A stretch of DNA of 59,358 bases, filler included, from Sluysia triapertura (Eukaryota): NCBI GenBank assembly GCA_046118255.1. It is 5 parts of 5 records of this genome, joined end to end, with 100 filler letters (N's around TTAATTAATTAA, not from the genome) between each part and the next. Parts side by side here need not be neighbours in the genome. Positions count along the whole stretch, not along the records: positions 1 to 13,053 come from JBJNIA010062974.1; positions 13,154 to 24,054 come from JBJNIA010191762.1; 3 more parts are not named here. One strand, written 5' to 3'. Shown here piece by piece: positions 1-13,194 of the stretch. The number at the start of each line of letters is the position of its first letter. Positions within the stretch are counted from its first letter, which is position 1. A program made the translations under genes and the position numbers. The notes under the pieces were generated by a model. It was not told the DNA's origin. It searched no databases and was given only the letters and a program-made list of their open reading frames with translations.

Positions 1-195
1 TATTATTATTATTATGTTTAATTTATTAAGTTTGATTGCTTAACATGCCAAAATCCATTTAAAAATAATTTAATAAATTAATTAATTTAGCAAGACAAAG
101 AAAACAATATCAATACACCACCAAAGGTTATCTTATTTTATTTGCTTAATAATAATAATAGCATTAAATAAAAAAATTAATTAATTAATTAATTA

Positions 196-212
196 ATAAT
201 AATAATAATAAC

Positions 213-257
<45 letters not shown>
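196..257. repeat. (TAA)n microsatellite
   Basis: Directly visible taa run. Similar (TAA/TTA)n tracts occur at about 11620-11730, 18228-18283, 19020-19150, 22470-22620 and 28745-28820. Confidence 0.95.
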
Positions 258-258
<1 letters not shown>

Positions 259-3200
259 GCAAAAAAGATGTGTTCAACTGAACGTGGTTATTTAAATTTA
301 ATGGTTATTTATATTTTAAAATTAGAACGTGTAAGAGTATTATCTATTAACTTCATAAAAGTTGAAAATGTGTATTTTATAAATAAAATTTAACAAACAT
401 TTTGCATAAAGGAGAAATGTTTAAATGATTAATAAAATATATAGCACCTGAAAGCGAACACTAATTTGGAAGGATATGATTGGTTGTTGAAACAGGTTAA
501 TGCGTTAGAGTATTCTTTTGAATTTGGTGTCAGTGATTTGGAAATAGGTTTTAATAGTTGGTTTTGTTTGGTTTGTAAGATTGATTAGTTTTGTGGTATA
601 TATCCATATGGTTGATTTTAATGGATCGATAATGAGCTTAACACTACTGGATTGTGGAATAGTGTTTCGGGTGAAATGGGTATGCGTGATGTATATTTTC
701 GGGACGTACTGGGTACATTTTATTTTATTTTTTAGTAGTCAAAGTCTATTCTAATAGTTAGTTAAACAGAAAAATGAGTATAATGTCACTAGATTTTTTA
801 TTATCTGCTATTATTTAATCTGGAAACCTACCATATTTATATAATTTGAGCAAGAATTTGATATTCAATATTATATATTAGATACCCATGATAGTTACCT
901 TGGTCATACCTTCGAAGATTCTGCTGTTATCATAGTTTATATAAAATAATATACACTCAATCTTGTAGTTATGACAATTACACTGTTTAAGGATTTTATG
1001 ATCATTCAAAGACAATTTTTATTTCCTAAAACTACATATATCTTGATAACAAACACATTTGTCAAAGAAAATGTGGTTATAAAACGAATATTATCTCCCC
1101 TTCTAATGATGTCGTTGCTAACACTTATTAACTATTACTTAATGATAACTGAAAAACATCGATATTTAAGATTATGCTTATCTATTAGGAATAATAGACT
1201 ACAAATCTTAAACGCATATAAAAACTGTACTAATATGTTATATTAGTATAAAATCTACTACCATGAAAAACTTAAATGACAAGAAAAATAACAAATGAAT
1301 ACACTTATTCAAAATCAGAAAATTTAAAAGCGTCCTCATTAATACCATCTCTGATTCTTTTGCAGTGTCATCGCCCTTTAAAAATGTAATTTTCCGTGAT
1401 TTTATTGCATACAGATTATTCATGCAATCGATTTCGTACCTATGAGAGAGTCCTTTAGCCTTTCTACATGTACTAGTACTAGAAAGTTATTAATATTGTT
1501 TGGGCTTAAAAATATTCATTCAGTACATTTACCTTATCTTGACTTTTGACCGAAAATTTACCTCTTATATTATAATTTGACTTATCCAGTAATCAATATT
1601 TAATAAAGTATCTAAATTAACGTAAGTGCATTTTAGAAAGAAACTATAGTATTACCAGCCATAATTTCAATCTTATAATTAAATTGCTCACTATTGTAAT
1701 TGAAAGATTCTTAAATTATTTAAAACGAAAATAACTTGGCCTATCTAAACAAATTACATTTTTCCTAATAAAAAATGCAATCAAAACGTAAGAAACTTTA
1801 AATGTATTTTTAAAATTAGCTTTATTATGCAAAAATTTTACTATATGACGTTTTAAATTTTCTAAAGCATTATCATAAATTTGCAAGTGTTTCTTTTATA
1901 ACCTTGTGTCTTGCAAAATAGAATTAAATATTCGAGTTCGTCGATATGAACGGTTTATACTACACAGAGAGTATTTATAAATTGAAAGAGCAAATAAGAT
2001 TTTCAATAAATTGGGAACTTCATTCTCGTGGAAGATCCGTCTAAATATGTGTGCGGAATATAAACTAGCTTATGTTAATTAGATACTCCGTTATGATTTC
2101 CTAAAATTCATCCTAAATTATTTCATTTAAATGATTTATACATTTTAATCCTCTACCTATCTGGTTGTTTATAATTTTTTCTAACTTTTTAGATAATAAC
2201 AATATTAAGGTTTATGACCAAAATTAATATAAAATTTTTGTAACAATTATTCAACAGACTGTTATCAATAAAGTGTAATTATGTATAACAAACTTTCGAC
2301 CGTAAATTATTATTATTATTATTAATATTAATAATAATTTGACATATTAAGGCAAATCTTAATATTATTATATTTTTTAATGGATTCTAAAACTAATTTT
2401 AAACTAACTAAAATAAATGATGAATTTAACCCTCACTTTAAATAAGGGAAGCATTTACGATAAACAAAACTGAGTCTTTATGGAATAAAATGAGCTGGAA
2501 CAAGATGAAACGAAGTGACTGTGACTGATTAAATCAGAAGAAACGATAACTTTTTGAAACTTCAATAATATTCTGGAGAACTGATAATATTCTGAAGTTC
2601 ACATCTAATTTAGAGCTTTTTCTATCTACTGAATTTTTGGTTTACTGAGTGCCCTACATACTCGTTTATTCCATCAGACTTCATCCATTAAATTGAAATA
2701 ATCCATTAATTTAGAAAAGTCCATAAATGTAATAATTCATAACTTTTCTTATTTATTGTTTAATGCATTAACAATTACTTTAGATTTTTTTAAAAATCCA
2801 TTAGTTTTTAAAGTATTATTTTGTGTACATTATGTGCATTTATTTTTAAACTTGTAAAAGCTGGACTGGAATTTTCCTGTTGATTGATTACAATCAAACC
2901 TGTTTTTGTGCGATGGATAGGGACCGCATAAAAGAACACATAAAACTTCACGAGTACCTTAAAAAATAGTTTTCGAAAAACGCACAAAAAAAATCGCATA
3001 AAAACAGGTTTGAGTGTACACTTATTTGAATTATAATCTATAATTTCGTTTTGTATTTTCTTAGCAATTTTACGTAATTTTATATGCATTTATAGGATAT
3101 GCCAATGGACTACATAATTAAATTAATGTTCACATTTTGATAATAATTTTTAACTTTTGAATTTTGCCGACAGTTAAATTAAAGAGCTAAATGTAAGTCA

Positions 3201-4082
3201 TCTAACTTACCCTATAAGTGAGCTCAAATAAAGTATAACCTATTTTACTATTTATAGTATCGATTTTTTGTAAATTTATTTATAATAAATCAATTCGATA
3301 TCATTATGCTATAAAGCCCAATTATATAAATTAATAATATCTCATTACAATAAACTAGAAATATTATCTGCTTATAATTACAATTTTATTTTGCTGTAGG
3401 TCCACCAGCAAAATATTCACCAGATATTCAAAATCTTTATTTAATGCAAAGAAATATTTTGATAAATTACTAATATATCTATGATTTTTATTTGCAAAGT
3501 TATGTTTCAAAATTGATATTATTGAATATAAAAACATAAATTGTCATTATTTTGAACATTAATAACACTATGAGCTTGCATTAATCTGACTACTATCTTA
3601 ATATATTAAGTCTGAAAATTTGGTTATAATGAAGTAAACTCTAAATTTTGGTTTGCAACCTAATTGCTACCTAATTCTGTTTATTTCTACTTTTTTATTT
3701 ATTGAATCAGTTACAAAATTTATAAAATCATTCTAGTACACTTTAGCTGGTACAATTCTTTAGCTGCTGGTTGGATTTTAATATTCCCTAATTGATCTAT
3801 AATTTTTCTTAACCTTTCTATCATTTCATTGTAGAAAACTACAGATTTTATATTTTTTCCTTAAAACTTAAAATTTAATGAATATATTTCACTCAGTCTC
3901 TGAATAAATTTATTTTATAATTTCATTTTAAGATAAATAGTTTTTAAGTTTATTTGGAATTAAATTTTTTATTTTATTGTAATTTACAATTTTACAAACA
4001 ATATTATTTTATAATTTAGTAATTAATTAATTCTTACGCATTTCATTTTCACAACAAACATTATGACTGATAAAACAACTAG

Positions 4083-7036
4083 ATAGTGACTTTCTTATGG
4101 AAGATTTATTTAATAATACGTAATGTAATTGAAGTTTATTACTTATTATAGAAAATAATAGAAATTATGGATGAAGAAGAAATATTTGAAGAAGAAGGCG
4201 TAGTAAATATACCAATAATTGTTGTTACGGGCTTTTTGATTTTCTATATGTTTATTGGAGCTGTTTTATTTCGTATTTGGGAAGTAAGTATTAACTCTGT
4301 ATCAGCATTTAAAAAAAAGTAAAAATGATAATTTATTATTTTGTTTACTTGTTAAAGAATACTCATTTTATGAGTAAAATAATGTTTTAATTTACAAACA
4401 CAAACCGCTCAGTTAGCATTATTTAATGTCGCTTTAATTTAATAATTAAAAAATATGAAAATCTGTGTTAAAAACTGTATAAACCAATAATATTTATTAT
4501 TTTTATGTTTATTTTAATTAAGAAATGGACAATTATCGAAGGCATCTATTTTGCCTTCATTACAGTATCTACGATTGGTTTTGGCGATTATTATCCTGCT
4601 AAAGATACAATTGGATCTGTATGTTTATTATTTTAAAATTAAGTACACAATACGAACCATTAATTAGTCTTCCAAAGAACATTGATTAACACTGAATTTT
4701 TATTTTTAGATTTTAAGCTTGTCAAAAGGAGAAAAACTAGAAATACTTGTCTCAAATCTTTTTTAATTACCGTCATCAGTCAGGTTCCTAAGATAATAAA
4801 TTCTAAATATATTTTTGATGAAATTTTGCCATAAGTAAAAATTAATGATTTTCTAGTTAAAAGATGCCGAAAAAAGGGAAAATACTTGGTTTTCAAATAA
4901 TGATGAATAAAAATGGAAACCAAAAATAATTAAGTTTTATTTAAATGTTTACCAACCGTAATAATATTATATATTACTTTATAATAATAATATATCTTAT
5001 GCGTAAGTACTCAAAAGCGCTTAAGGTAAATCATTCCCCACAATATTTCTGAAACAGAAAGAACTTTGCCTTTTTCTTAAATAAATATTTCATAATCTTT
5101 CAGTAATTTGACGTTCTCTGGTAACTACTTGTATATTTTTGAAACATAAACGGTATCACATAGCTTGCTATCACTGTCGATTCTGTATAGATTATTATGT
5201 CTCAATGAATATTCATCTTGGTTTCCAATTTTCGTATTATTTCTAAAAAATATTCAGGACTTCTGTAATGTAAGCATTTGTAAATTATATTCATGATTTT
5301 GAATTCTATTCTTGCTTTTATTGGCAACCAATGTAATTCGTTTTACCTCATACAATATTGTATTTGCTTAAAACATTCTTGTCTTTGATAGGTTTACGTT
5401 GGGAATTTGTTAAAAGCTTCACTAGCATTTAATTTACTTTAGAATAAGCTTCCGATGAGATAAGAGTAGTGAAATGAGGTTTATTTGTTCTCTAATCAGT
5501 TCGTAAAAATGTGACAAACATTTATAATATTTGGTTCTTCAATATTCACTAGCTGATGATCGTGACGGTATTGTGAAGGAACATCATAGATAAATAGTTC
5601 GAAATCCGTTGGTCCTTTTACAGTGAATGTGAAGTAACTTCTTACTTGTACAATTTTGATCCTCTTTAATTAATAAATTAGAAAAGTTAGTACTTATAAA
5701 GTATTCTGAAAGACTTCTATTTTCCGATCTATTATAATGAGGGAGATCCATCATAAAATATTTGTTGATCTCATTAACAACCCGAAATGACCAACGATTT
5801 TCCAAAAAAGAGAACTAATTTTCGAAAAAAGAAAAAGAATTTTATAGAATATTCTAGAAAAATCTGGATTACTACATGCATCTGATTGGCTGCTAGCTAC
5901 TTTATAAAGCTTTGTATAAAAATTGATTACGAAAATGTTGTTGTCGTTGTTCGAAATAACCTGCGTATTTTTACTAATAAATACTGTAACCGACCTGTTT
6001 ATTTTCTCCGTTTTATTAATTCCATGAAATTTTGGTAAGTTATTTGTTGTAAGGTAGAATTAACTCTTGGAGTTAACTTCTTAAAATCTATGTAAAATCT
6101 AATTTCTATATTTTGTTTCTCGATTATAATTATAATTATATTATAATTATTAAAAATTAAAGACCTTAACATGTTTTAATTTTACAAATTCATTTTATTT
6201 ATTCTAAATTCTTATAATTCTTATGTAAAACATAAATTTCAAATCATTTTTTAAGTATGACATTGGTTTACAACTTCTATTGTATAATAAAAATTTTGAG
6301 TTATAAACTAATATAAGTTAATAATTTACTATATTATTTGAAAGAAAATTAAAAAGCTTCAACTCGTAATAAAAATCGCTCTAATACTTCTGTCAAATGT
6401 ATGACAATAATCCAAAGTTATAATAATACATTTCAAAACATCAACTAAGTACATTATTATGAATTAAAACAAGGTGAGTTAAGATAATCAAACAACAAAT
6501 TTCAATAAAACTATAAAACTAAAACTTTATTAATTAGCATGCATGTCTAAAATTCAAATGTATAGCGGTTTATATATTATGCTATTATTCATTTATGATT
6601 GTTAAATTTTAAGTTTGCATACTACATATGATATTTTAAATATCTAAATTTTTTGGCTTAGGATGCTGCCACAATAGAACTTATAATTGGATCAATCTAT
6701 TCTCTCGTTGGCCTTGCTGTATTAAGTATGTGCTTAACTCTAATACAGGAAGAGATTTATGAAAAATTTAACTGGATCGGGTCGAAATGCGGTATCGTTA
6801 AAACTCATCAAGAATTAGACAACGAAATAGATACGACAATTAATGCTGCATCTATAATTTCAGGACCTATATCTGTTAACAAAACCTCGACCGATTTTGA
6901 TTCAAATTATGATGAAAGTAAACCGGTTCGAGTCAATAAGCACATGGAATTTCAAAATGAAACATATTACGACTCTATCAATGATCTAAAAGGAATGTTT
7001 AATGCATCGCAAATTGACAATAAAAAATCAATTTGA
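4083..7036 (+). CDS. Two-pore-domain (K2P, TWIK/TWK-like) potassium channel, 3' part. Exons about 4083-4124 (tentative), 4152-4283, 4523-4618 and 6662-7036; 5' exons not found
   Basis: Phase-0 GT-AG exons join in frame: M3 'NIPIIVVTGFLIFYMFIGAVLFRIWE', P2 loop 'WTIIEGIYFAFITVSTIGFGDYYP' with the TIGFG selectivity filter, and M4 'IYSLVGLAVLSMCLTLIQEE'. The stop is TGA at 7034-7036. Confidence 0.92.
5000..5345 (-). mobile_element. L2-clade LINE 3' remnant inside the K2P intron
   Basis: The minus strand encodes 'ELHWLPIKARIEFKIMNII', the L2 ORF2 C-terminal motif. The DNA is visibly similar to 47707-47920. Confidence 0.85.
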
Positions 7037-7137
7037 ATTTTATTATTTGTACTACAAAAATATAATTAAAAATTATTTAAGTATAGCAAAGATATTAGCA
7101 TTTGTAAATGTAGTTATTTTGTTTTATATAGTACTAG

Positions 7138-8298
7138 ATGAAGAATATATTAAATTACGCAATTTCTAAAAATTATAATTTTGATAATTATAAAAAAATC
7201 AATAACCTGATCATGTGTAACGATGATAATGAAGTTGAGAAGGTTACGGTATCTAGCGATAATGAAGAAGAAGATGATAATATAAATGTAACAATCAATT
7301 TCGATTCTTCTACGAACAACGAAGTGAAATTAAGTTTTAAGAATTATGTGAACCTAGCTATAAATTCCTTATACGATATTATCTTAATTTTAATAAACTC
7401 AGGAAAATTAAGTTATGGCGACTACGTTGAAAGCGGAAGACTTGAATCAATGATAAGAAGAACTGAATGTAATACAAATGCGTCAACAGTTAAAAGTGGT
7501 ATGTCCGCCCTTCGAGTAATATTAAAATCACTGAAGTTCATTCGGAATATTATATCATTGGCTTACTTCCTTTTTATTTTGATAGCAAATTTACCTTTAA
7601 CTATTTTTCAGAACTTTATTCGTTTATTGAAATGTGTTACTGATACAGAACGCTTGTGGATCGTTCCATTTAGATTATCAGCAACTTCGTATTATTGGAC
7701 AATATATTCTATTCCGAACAGTTTCACGTGCAGAGATAGATTGGTGCCATCAAAATGTTCAATTAAATCTTTCAATTTGAGTAACACTACTACGTCAAAT
7801 AATGATAATTGCCTTAGTAAATGCGAGAATATTTATGATACAACTATAAAAAAATGTACTACAGTTGTTGCAATAATTTGCATTATTTTTGTCGCTGGTC
7901 ATTTAAGTCGAAGTACATCTGGAAATTATGACATTGAAAGTGTAGCTATTTTTGCTATGCTTCTAACATTTTATGTATGCACTAAGATTTTTGATTCTGG
8001 TTATTTATATTTGTCTGTTCAGTGTTTATTGGTTATTTTATTTTTATTAAAAACATATCTACCATACTTTGTCATGAATATTATGATGTTAATTAATCTT
8101 GTCGCTTCATTAAATGTTCTAATTATATGTTCCCTTTTAATCATTTCGGGCCTTAAGCCCATGTTTGTAAATAGAAATAGAATTGATTCAAATAGTTTTA
8201 TTTTAATTACGATTTGTTTAATTAAAGGAATGTATAAACTAAAATACATAATAATGCCCTCCACACTTCACTATTGTTTGTTAATATTTCATTCATAA
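7138..8298 (+). CDS. 386-aa intronless multi-TM protein containing an STT3 (oligosaccharyltransferase)-derived segment
   Basis: Long open frame in AT-rich DNA. 'GHLSRSTSGNYDIESVAIFAMLLTFYVCTKIFDSG...LINL' (from about 7897) matches the recalled STT3 '[35 protein letters not shown]...LINL'. The N-terminal 250 aa are not STT3-like. Confidence 0.65.
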   Translation: MKNILNYAISKNYNFDNYKKINNLIMCNDDNEVEKVTVSSDNEEEDDNINVTINFDSSTNNEVKLSFKNYVNLAINSLYDIILILINSGKLSYGDYVESGRLESMIRRTECNTNASTVKSGMSALRVILKSLKFIRNIISLAYFLFILIANLPLTIFQNFIRLLKCVTDTERLWIVPFRLSATSYYWTIYSIPNSFTCRDRLVPSKCSIKSFNLSNTTTSNNDNCLSKCENIYDTTIKKCTTVVAIICIIFVAGHLSRSTSGNYDIESVAIFAMLLTFYVCTKIFDSGYLYLSVQCLLVILFLLKTYLPYFVMNIMMLINLVASLNVLIICSLLIISGLKPMFVNRNRIDSNSFILITICLIKGMYKLKYIIMPSTLHYCLLIFHS

Positions 8299-8332
8299 AT
8301 AAGGTGTTTGATTAAAATAAAATATAAAAAAT

Positions 8333-8536
8333 TTTGGGAACCTTTCCCCATCCGAGTTCTTTGCCAAAATCAAAGCAGAGCCACGCCCTTTTGGATGCGA
8401 TAAGGATGAAAATCACGACATCATTAAAAGGCTATTCCTCGACGCCGTGCCAGACATAGTCAAGGCAGTTCTGGTCCTCTTTGAGGGCATTGGTTCAAAT
8501 ACCACTCCTGACATCATTGTGATGGTCGAGTTGTAA
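8333..8536 (+). mobile_element. Ty3/gypsy gag fragment (GC-rich island)
   Basis: Abrupt rise in GC. The frame reads 'GNLSPSEFFAKIKAE...IIKRLFLDAVPDIVKAVL', resembling the gypsy gag pattern 'GDRKPSELLRRM...LRELFLQRLPxxVxAIL'. Confidence 0.5.
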
Positions 8537-9524
8537 TTGAATTACGAAATTTGTGTTACAATAAATGATTAAAAAATGGTCTCTATTAAATTAATTTACA
8601 AAACTTGGACTTAAGGTCCGTACCAAATGTTTATTCAAAATAAAACACAGGCTTAGAGCCAAGAATGAACTCCTTAATTAAAAAACATAAAGCAAAATAA
8701 CAACTTGGCTCATCTATTTCACAATCGATAGTAAAATTTTTATGAGTTATAAAACATAAAATGCACAACATGAATTGTTACCGTGAAATTAAAATTTGAA
8801 TTAACCAAAGGATTACTGAACTGTCTTTCGACACAAACATTAAGTTGTGCATCTCCACGATTGATTTTCATTTCTAGTGCTCCATGATTTACCGTTTCTG
8901 TCTTAATTATATCAGTATTATATATCGTCTCATCATCAGAAGCAACCGCTTTACTAATAACCTAAATCTGGTTTTCTTTTTTAAAATGTAATATTTCGGA
9001 TACTTTCAATTTGATGTCCATAAATTTGTCACTTAAAAAGGCTACTAAGGTAAACGTCTTATTTACATTTGCATTCATATGATATTTGTCAAATGGGATA
9101 ATATTTAAAATTAATCTGAAAGGTTAAAATTTTGAATATTTAAACAAATGTTAATTTTCTAAAAATTTCAGCATATAATAATGAAATTAATAAAAATAGT
9201 AAAAATTATAAAAATGGTAAAATTATAAAAATAATTAAAATAATTAAAATATTAAAATGGTACAAATAACATTGAGAGTGATGATAATGATGGTGTGGAT
9301 GACATTCAGAAGGAAATGAACTATGATATTGATATAAATGATTTTAGTATGAGTTTTGGAGAGCATGATTTGCAGTTTATGTTAATGTAGGAAAGTAACA
9401 ATGAAGTGTATAGGTTGATTATGAAATTTTATAAATGTTGAGGATGACAAAATTATTAACGATAGGCGTGATATAACAAATGCAATAATTTTTTTTAAAT
9501 AAATTCAGTTAAGACATTTTATCC

Positions 9525-9640
9525 TACAGAATTACATTGGTTACCGATAAAATCAATACAAATTCAAAATATTGACCATAATTTATAAATGTTTACAAGT
9601 CTTGAATATCTCTGGGAAATACTAAATTTTAGAAACCCAA
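9525..9640 (+). mobile_element. Diverged L2 LINE 3' remnant
   Basis: 'ELHWLPIKS' followed by frameshifted 'FKILTIIYKCL', homologous to the other L2 copies. Confidence 0.7.
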
Positions 9641-10199
9641 ATGAATGTCAGTAAAATATAATAATGTAAGGAGAATCTACAATTATAGTAAGCTAGGTAA
9701 GAGATCATGTACTCTTTATGTTTCAAAAATATAACCAGCTCTAGATAATGTTAAGTTACTGAAAAATTATGAAATATTTAAGAAAAAGGACAAGATTTCA
9801 GAAATATTATAATGAATAACTTATTGTAAACGGATTTTAATGCAATATAAATTAATGCATTATTAATATTATTATTATTATTATTACTATTATTATTATT
9901 GTGATGGCCGGGTTTATCACGATGATCTTATCATTTATAACAAAACAATTACGAACAAAGTTACAAAATTTGGGCTTAAGGCACGTTCTATCTTTAAAAA
10001 TATCATTATTGTAATTAAGATTAATGAACATGGACTTAAGGTCCTTTTTACTATTAAAATTATTAAAGAAAGCCTTGTAGCAAAAGTAAGAACAAAATTT
10101 TATCACACGTAAAAAATTTTTATAAGAAAAACAGTTAAAATTATATACTTGCAATTTTAATATAGTTAAATTTCGATTCCATAATTGATGTGTGAGACT

Positions 10200-11059
10200 T
10201 TAAAGATTCTTAGCTGTCACGAAGATAGGTGATTGATTTGGTAGCATATCATCGGCATAAACTGGCGTACATACGAGACCAGCTACAACTTTTACAACTA
10301 ACTTTGTACAAAGTATGACATCAGTTAGAATTTCGTCTGTAATTTTATCTAAATCTTCAATCTGTTCTTGTAATGTAAGATAAATTAATAAATTGATGTT
10401 ATCATCAGATTCCCGAGTTAACGCAAACCGACCAAGTGCATCTAATCGCTGTACTTGCGTCATGGAATTTAGCACAACGGACTCCAAATAAACCCAGTAA
10501 CACATAAAAATGGTGGCATAATTTTTAGTTGATGTAAAAGCAATGACATGATCATGATAACCTGTACGTAAAATTAATGATAAAAAGATTGCTTGTCGGA
10601 TAAATTCTGGTTTCATTTGTTTATTTTCTACTGCATCATTCTCATTGTCCAATCCACTGGTTCAATACGAGATGATTTATTGGAACTGTCAATATTTCGT
10701 ACTGGAATAAATTCTGATTTATTAATAATTTTGTCAGTTAATATCGTCAAATCTTCTGTCATTGCAAATGAAAACAAAAATATTTGGCGATTTTGTCCGC
10801 ACTGTTTAACAATTTATTCAGCTTGATCTTTAAATCCAGTTTCTGAAATCTTATCTGCTTCGTCAAACTCTGGTGTAGCGACGATTATATCATTTTTCAA
10901 GATTTCCTGTTGTTCCGTTCGACGTAGACCACTGGTAACTAATTCCAATGTTAATTTTTTGGTTTATATCATCACCACTTGTGCTACTTTATGAATCTGC
11001 ATTACCAATTTCTTTGTTGGACTGACGATTAAAGCACGAGGAGAAAAACTATCTTCATA
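10200..11059 (-). pseudogene. DDX27: Intronless, degraded DEAD-box helicase of the DDX27/DRS1 type
   Basis: The minus strand gives 'PRALIVSPTKKL' (motif Ia), 'DIIVATP', 'DEAD' (10853-10864) and 'RQIFLFSFAMT' (motif III). It then gives 'EFIR..AIFLSLILRTGYHDHVIAFTSTK...MTQVQRLDALGRF', which follows DDX27. There are two in-frame TAA codons, a frameshift, and a deletion between motifs Ib and II. Confidence 0.8.
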
Positions 11060-12779
11060 ATATCTTTCATAGAGTCATAAAATAAAACATTTGATAATAC
11101 CTCAGAAAATTTTGAAATAAAATTTTAAAAACAAATGCTACACTAAACTTTTAATAATTCGTTCAATTAAGCCTTAGTACATATTATACTTTAATATAAA
11201 ATATGGCGAAAAAATACAAAAATAAAATTCATACATTTTCGAAGTTTGTAAATAATTATACAAATGTTAAAATCTATATTACTTACAAAACACAAATCAA
11301 AGCTTCGTTAAAACAAGCATAAAAAGACACAAAGGCATAAAGAGTCCAAAGAAATATAATTGTTTTCAAAAAGTAATAAATAGTAATATAAAAGGAAAAA
11401 TACAATAATGATGTGAAGTTAATGCATATGAGAGAAGCGATATTGGTGGATTAAACGCAATACTAGTATGATTAATTTCTATAATTTAGGTATATTTATA
11501 ACTTTATTTTAGGTGTTACAGTGTGTACAAGATGTGGTGAAATTGTACAAGATGTAGTGAAAGTGTATTAAATATTTATAATTGATTTTATTGAGAATGT
11601 ATGAATAAGTGGGATACCACAATTATTATTATTATTAATATTGCAGTCATAATAATAATAAGAATAATAATAGTAAGAATAAGAATAATAATAAGAATAA
11701 TAATAATAATAAAGTAATAATAATAATGATCTATATAGTTAATTAAAACAGTAATATAATGCTAACAAATAATCCAGCAGAACAATATTATTAATTGAAT
11801 TACAATTTATATAGATTTATAATGTTGGTTAATGAATTTAAATTATTAACTGTATTGAAATAAATAATATTAACATAATAATAGTATGTTAAAAATATTA
11901 TAATAAATATATGAACACATGAACTGAATTAAGTTAAGAAAAGTCAAATAAAATTTTTACTATAAATAGAGAAGCGATATTATTACAGCTTTGAGATATT
12001 TTTTAGACTACTAATTATTAAATATTCTGAAGTATTCTATATTTGACTATGTATGGAGTATTATCATTTTTTGAAATATATTGGAATATTGATTTTTCAA
12101 TACATTGGTAATCGATATTCGAATAAATAAAATTATCGTATGAAATTTATTGGAGATATATTGGCATTCAGTCAATATAGTTGAATAGTAGTAAGGTTTT
12201 ATTAATTAACATTTAAACATTAAAATTGACCATTATTTGATAATTTCATTAATAAATATGAAGCAAGTATAAAATATAATATAAATAAAATAAAATCCTT
12301 TGTTATTTCGTTAGAGTGTAGAAAATAAATTTTATATTATGTTTTGCAATAATTTTGTAAAATTTTCTTTGTTGTGTTACTAATAAATTTAGAACCTTGT
12401 TAATTTTACAGAAAGATTGAAAGACAAGACTTAAAGGTAATAAATTCATCTTTAGCAACAGAGATGAATATGAACTCAGCGTCCAAGATAAATTTATACT
12501 AAGTCATTTGGAGATGTAATGGAAAACGTTTTTCAACTCATATAAAGAATTCATCAGTGAACCAAACTAACAAAAATACAAATACAAATTAAATTTACAA
12601 AATCAGAAATAGACCAAATAAATATTAAATTATATTACTATTATTATACTTATTATTATACTATTATTCTCGGCATACTCCGGTTTCATTGGGCGTTCCT
12701 GAAACAAAATAACAAATAGAGAAATCTAACTTTAGATTTTCTTACTCTTCAACATACTGCTAGAAAGTCAAAAAGTATA

Positions 12780-12955
12780 AACTAAACTGATGCAAGTATA
12801 TACTAGTCATCAGCAAATCAAAATCAATGGAATTTCTCGAAAATTCTAGAATTTTCGATTTTCTTTTAAGAAAATGTTATTTTCTTTTAAGAAAATGTTA
12901 TTTTCTTTTTTTATCTATGTATTTTGTAAGGGTTTAAAGGGTTATTATGACAACC
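12780..12955 (-). repeat. Repeat family A terminal segment (ends GGGTTATTATGACAACC)
   Basis: Homologous to 46920-47091 in the same orientation, and to 42429-42600 and 45821-46010 in inverted orientation. Confidence 0.7.
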
Positions 12956-13053
12956 TTATTATTAAGTAAATATTTTTCGAAACATGTGTTACTAAATGAT
13001 TAAACAAGAATTTATATAATTAAATTTCAAATTAAATACTTATTAAGAGTTCT

Positions 13054-13153
13054 NNNNNNNNNNNNNNNNNNNNNNNNNNNNNNNNNNNNNNNNNNNNTTA
13101 ATTAATTAANNNNNNNNNNNNNNNNNNNNNNNNNNNNNNNNNNNNNNNNNNNN
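13054..13153. other. Assembly spacer N44-TTAATTAATTAA-N44
   Basis: Exactly 100 bp with a six-frame-stop linker. Confidence 0.97.
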
Positions 13154-13194
13154 CTAAGTATTAAAAATTCAACATTTCATAATTAAAAATTAAT

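Noticed and set aside
300-720. G/T-skewed tracts here and at about 9270-9460, 11400-11620 and 21930-22900
   Set aside because: Probably old antisense LINE debris (9380-9400 gives a weak endonuclease-like 'INCKSCSPKL'), but too decayed to assign.
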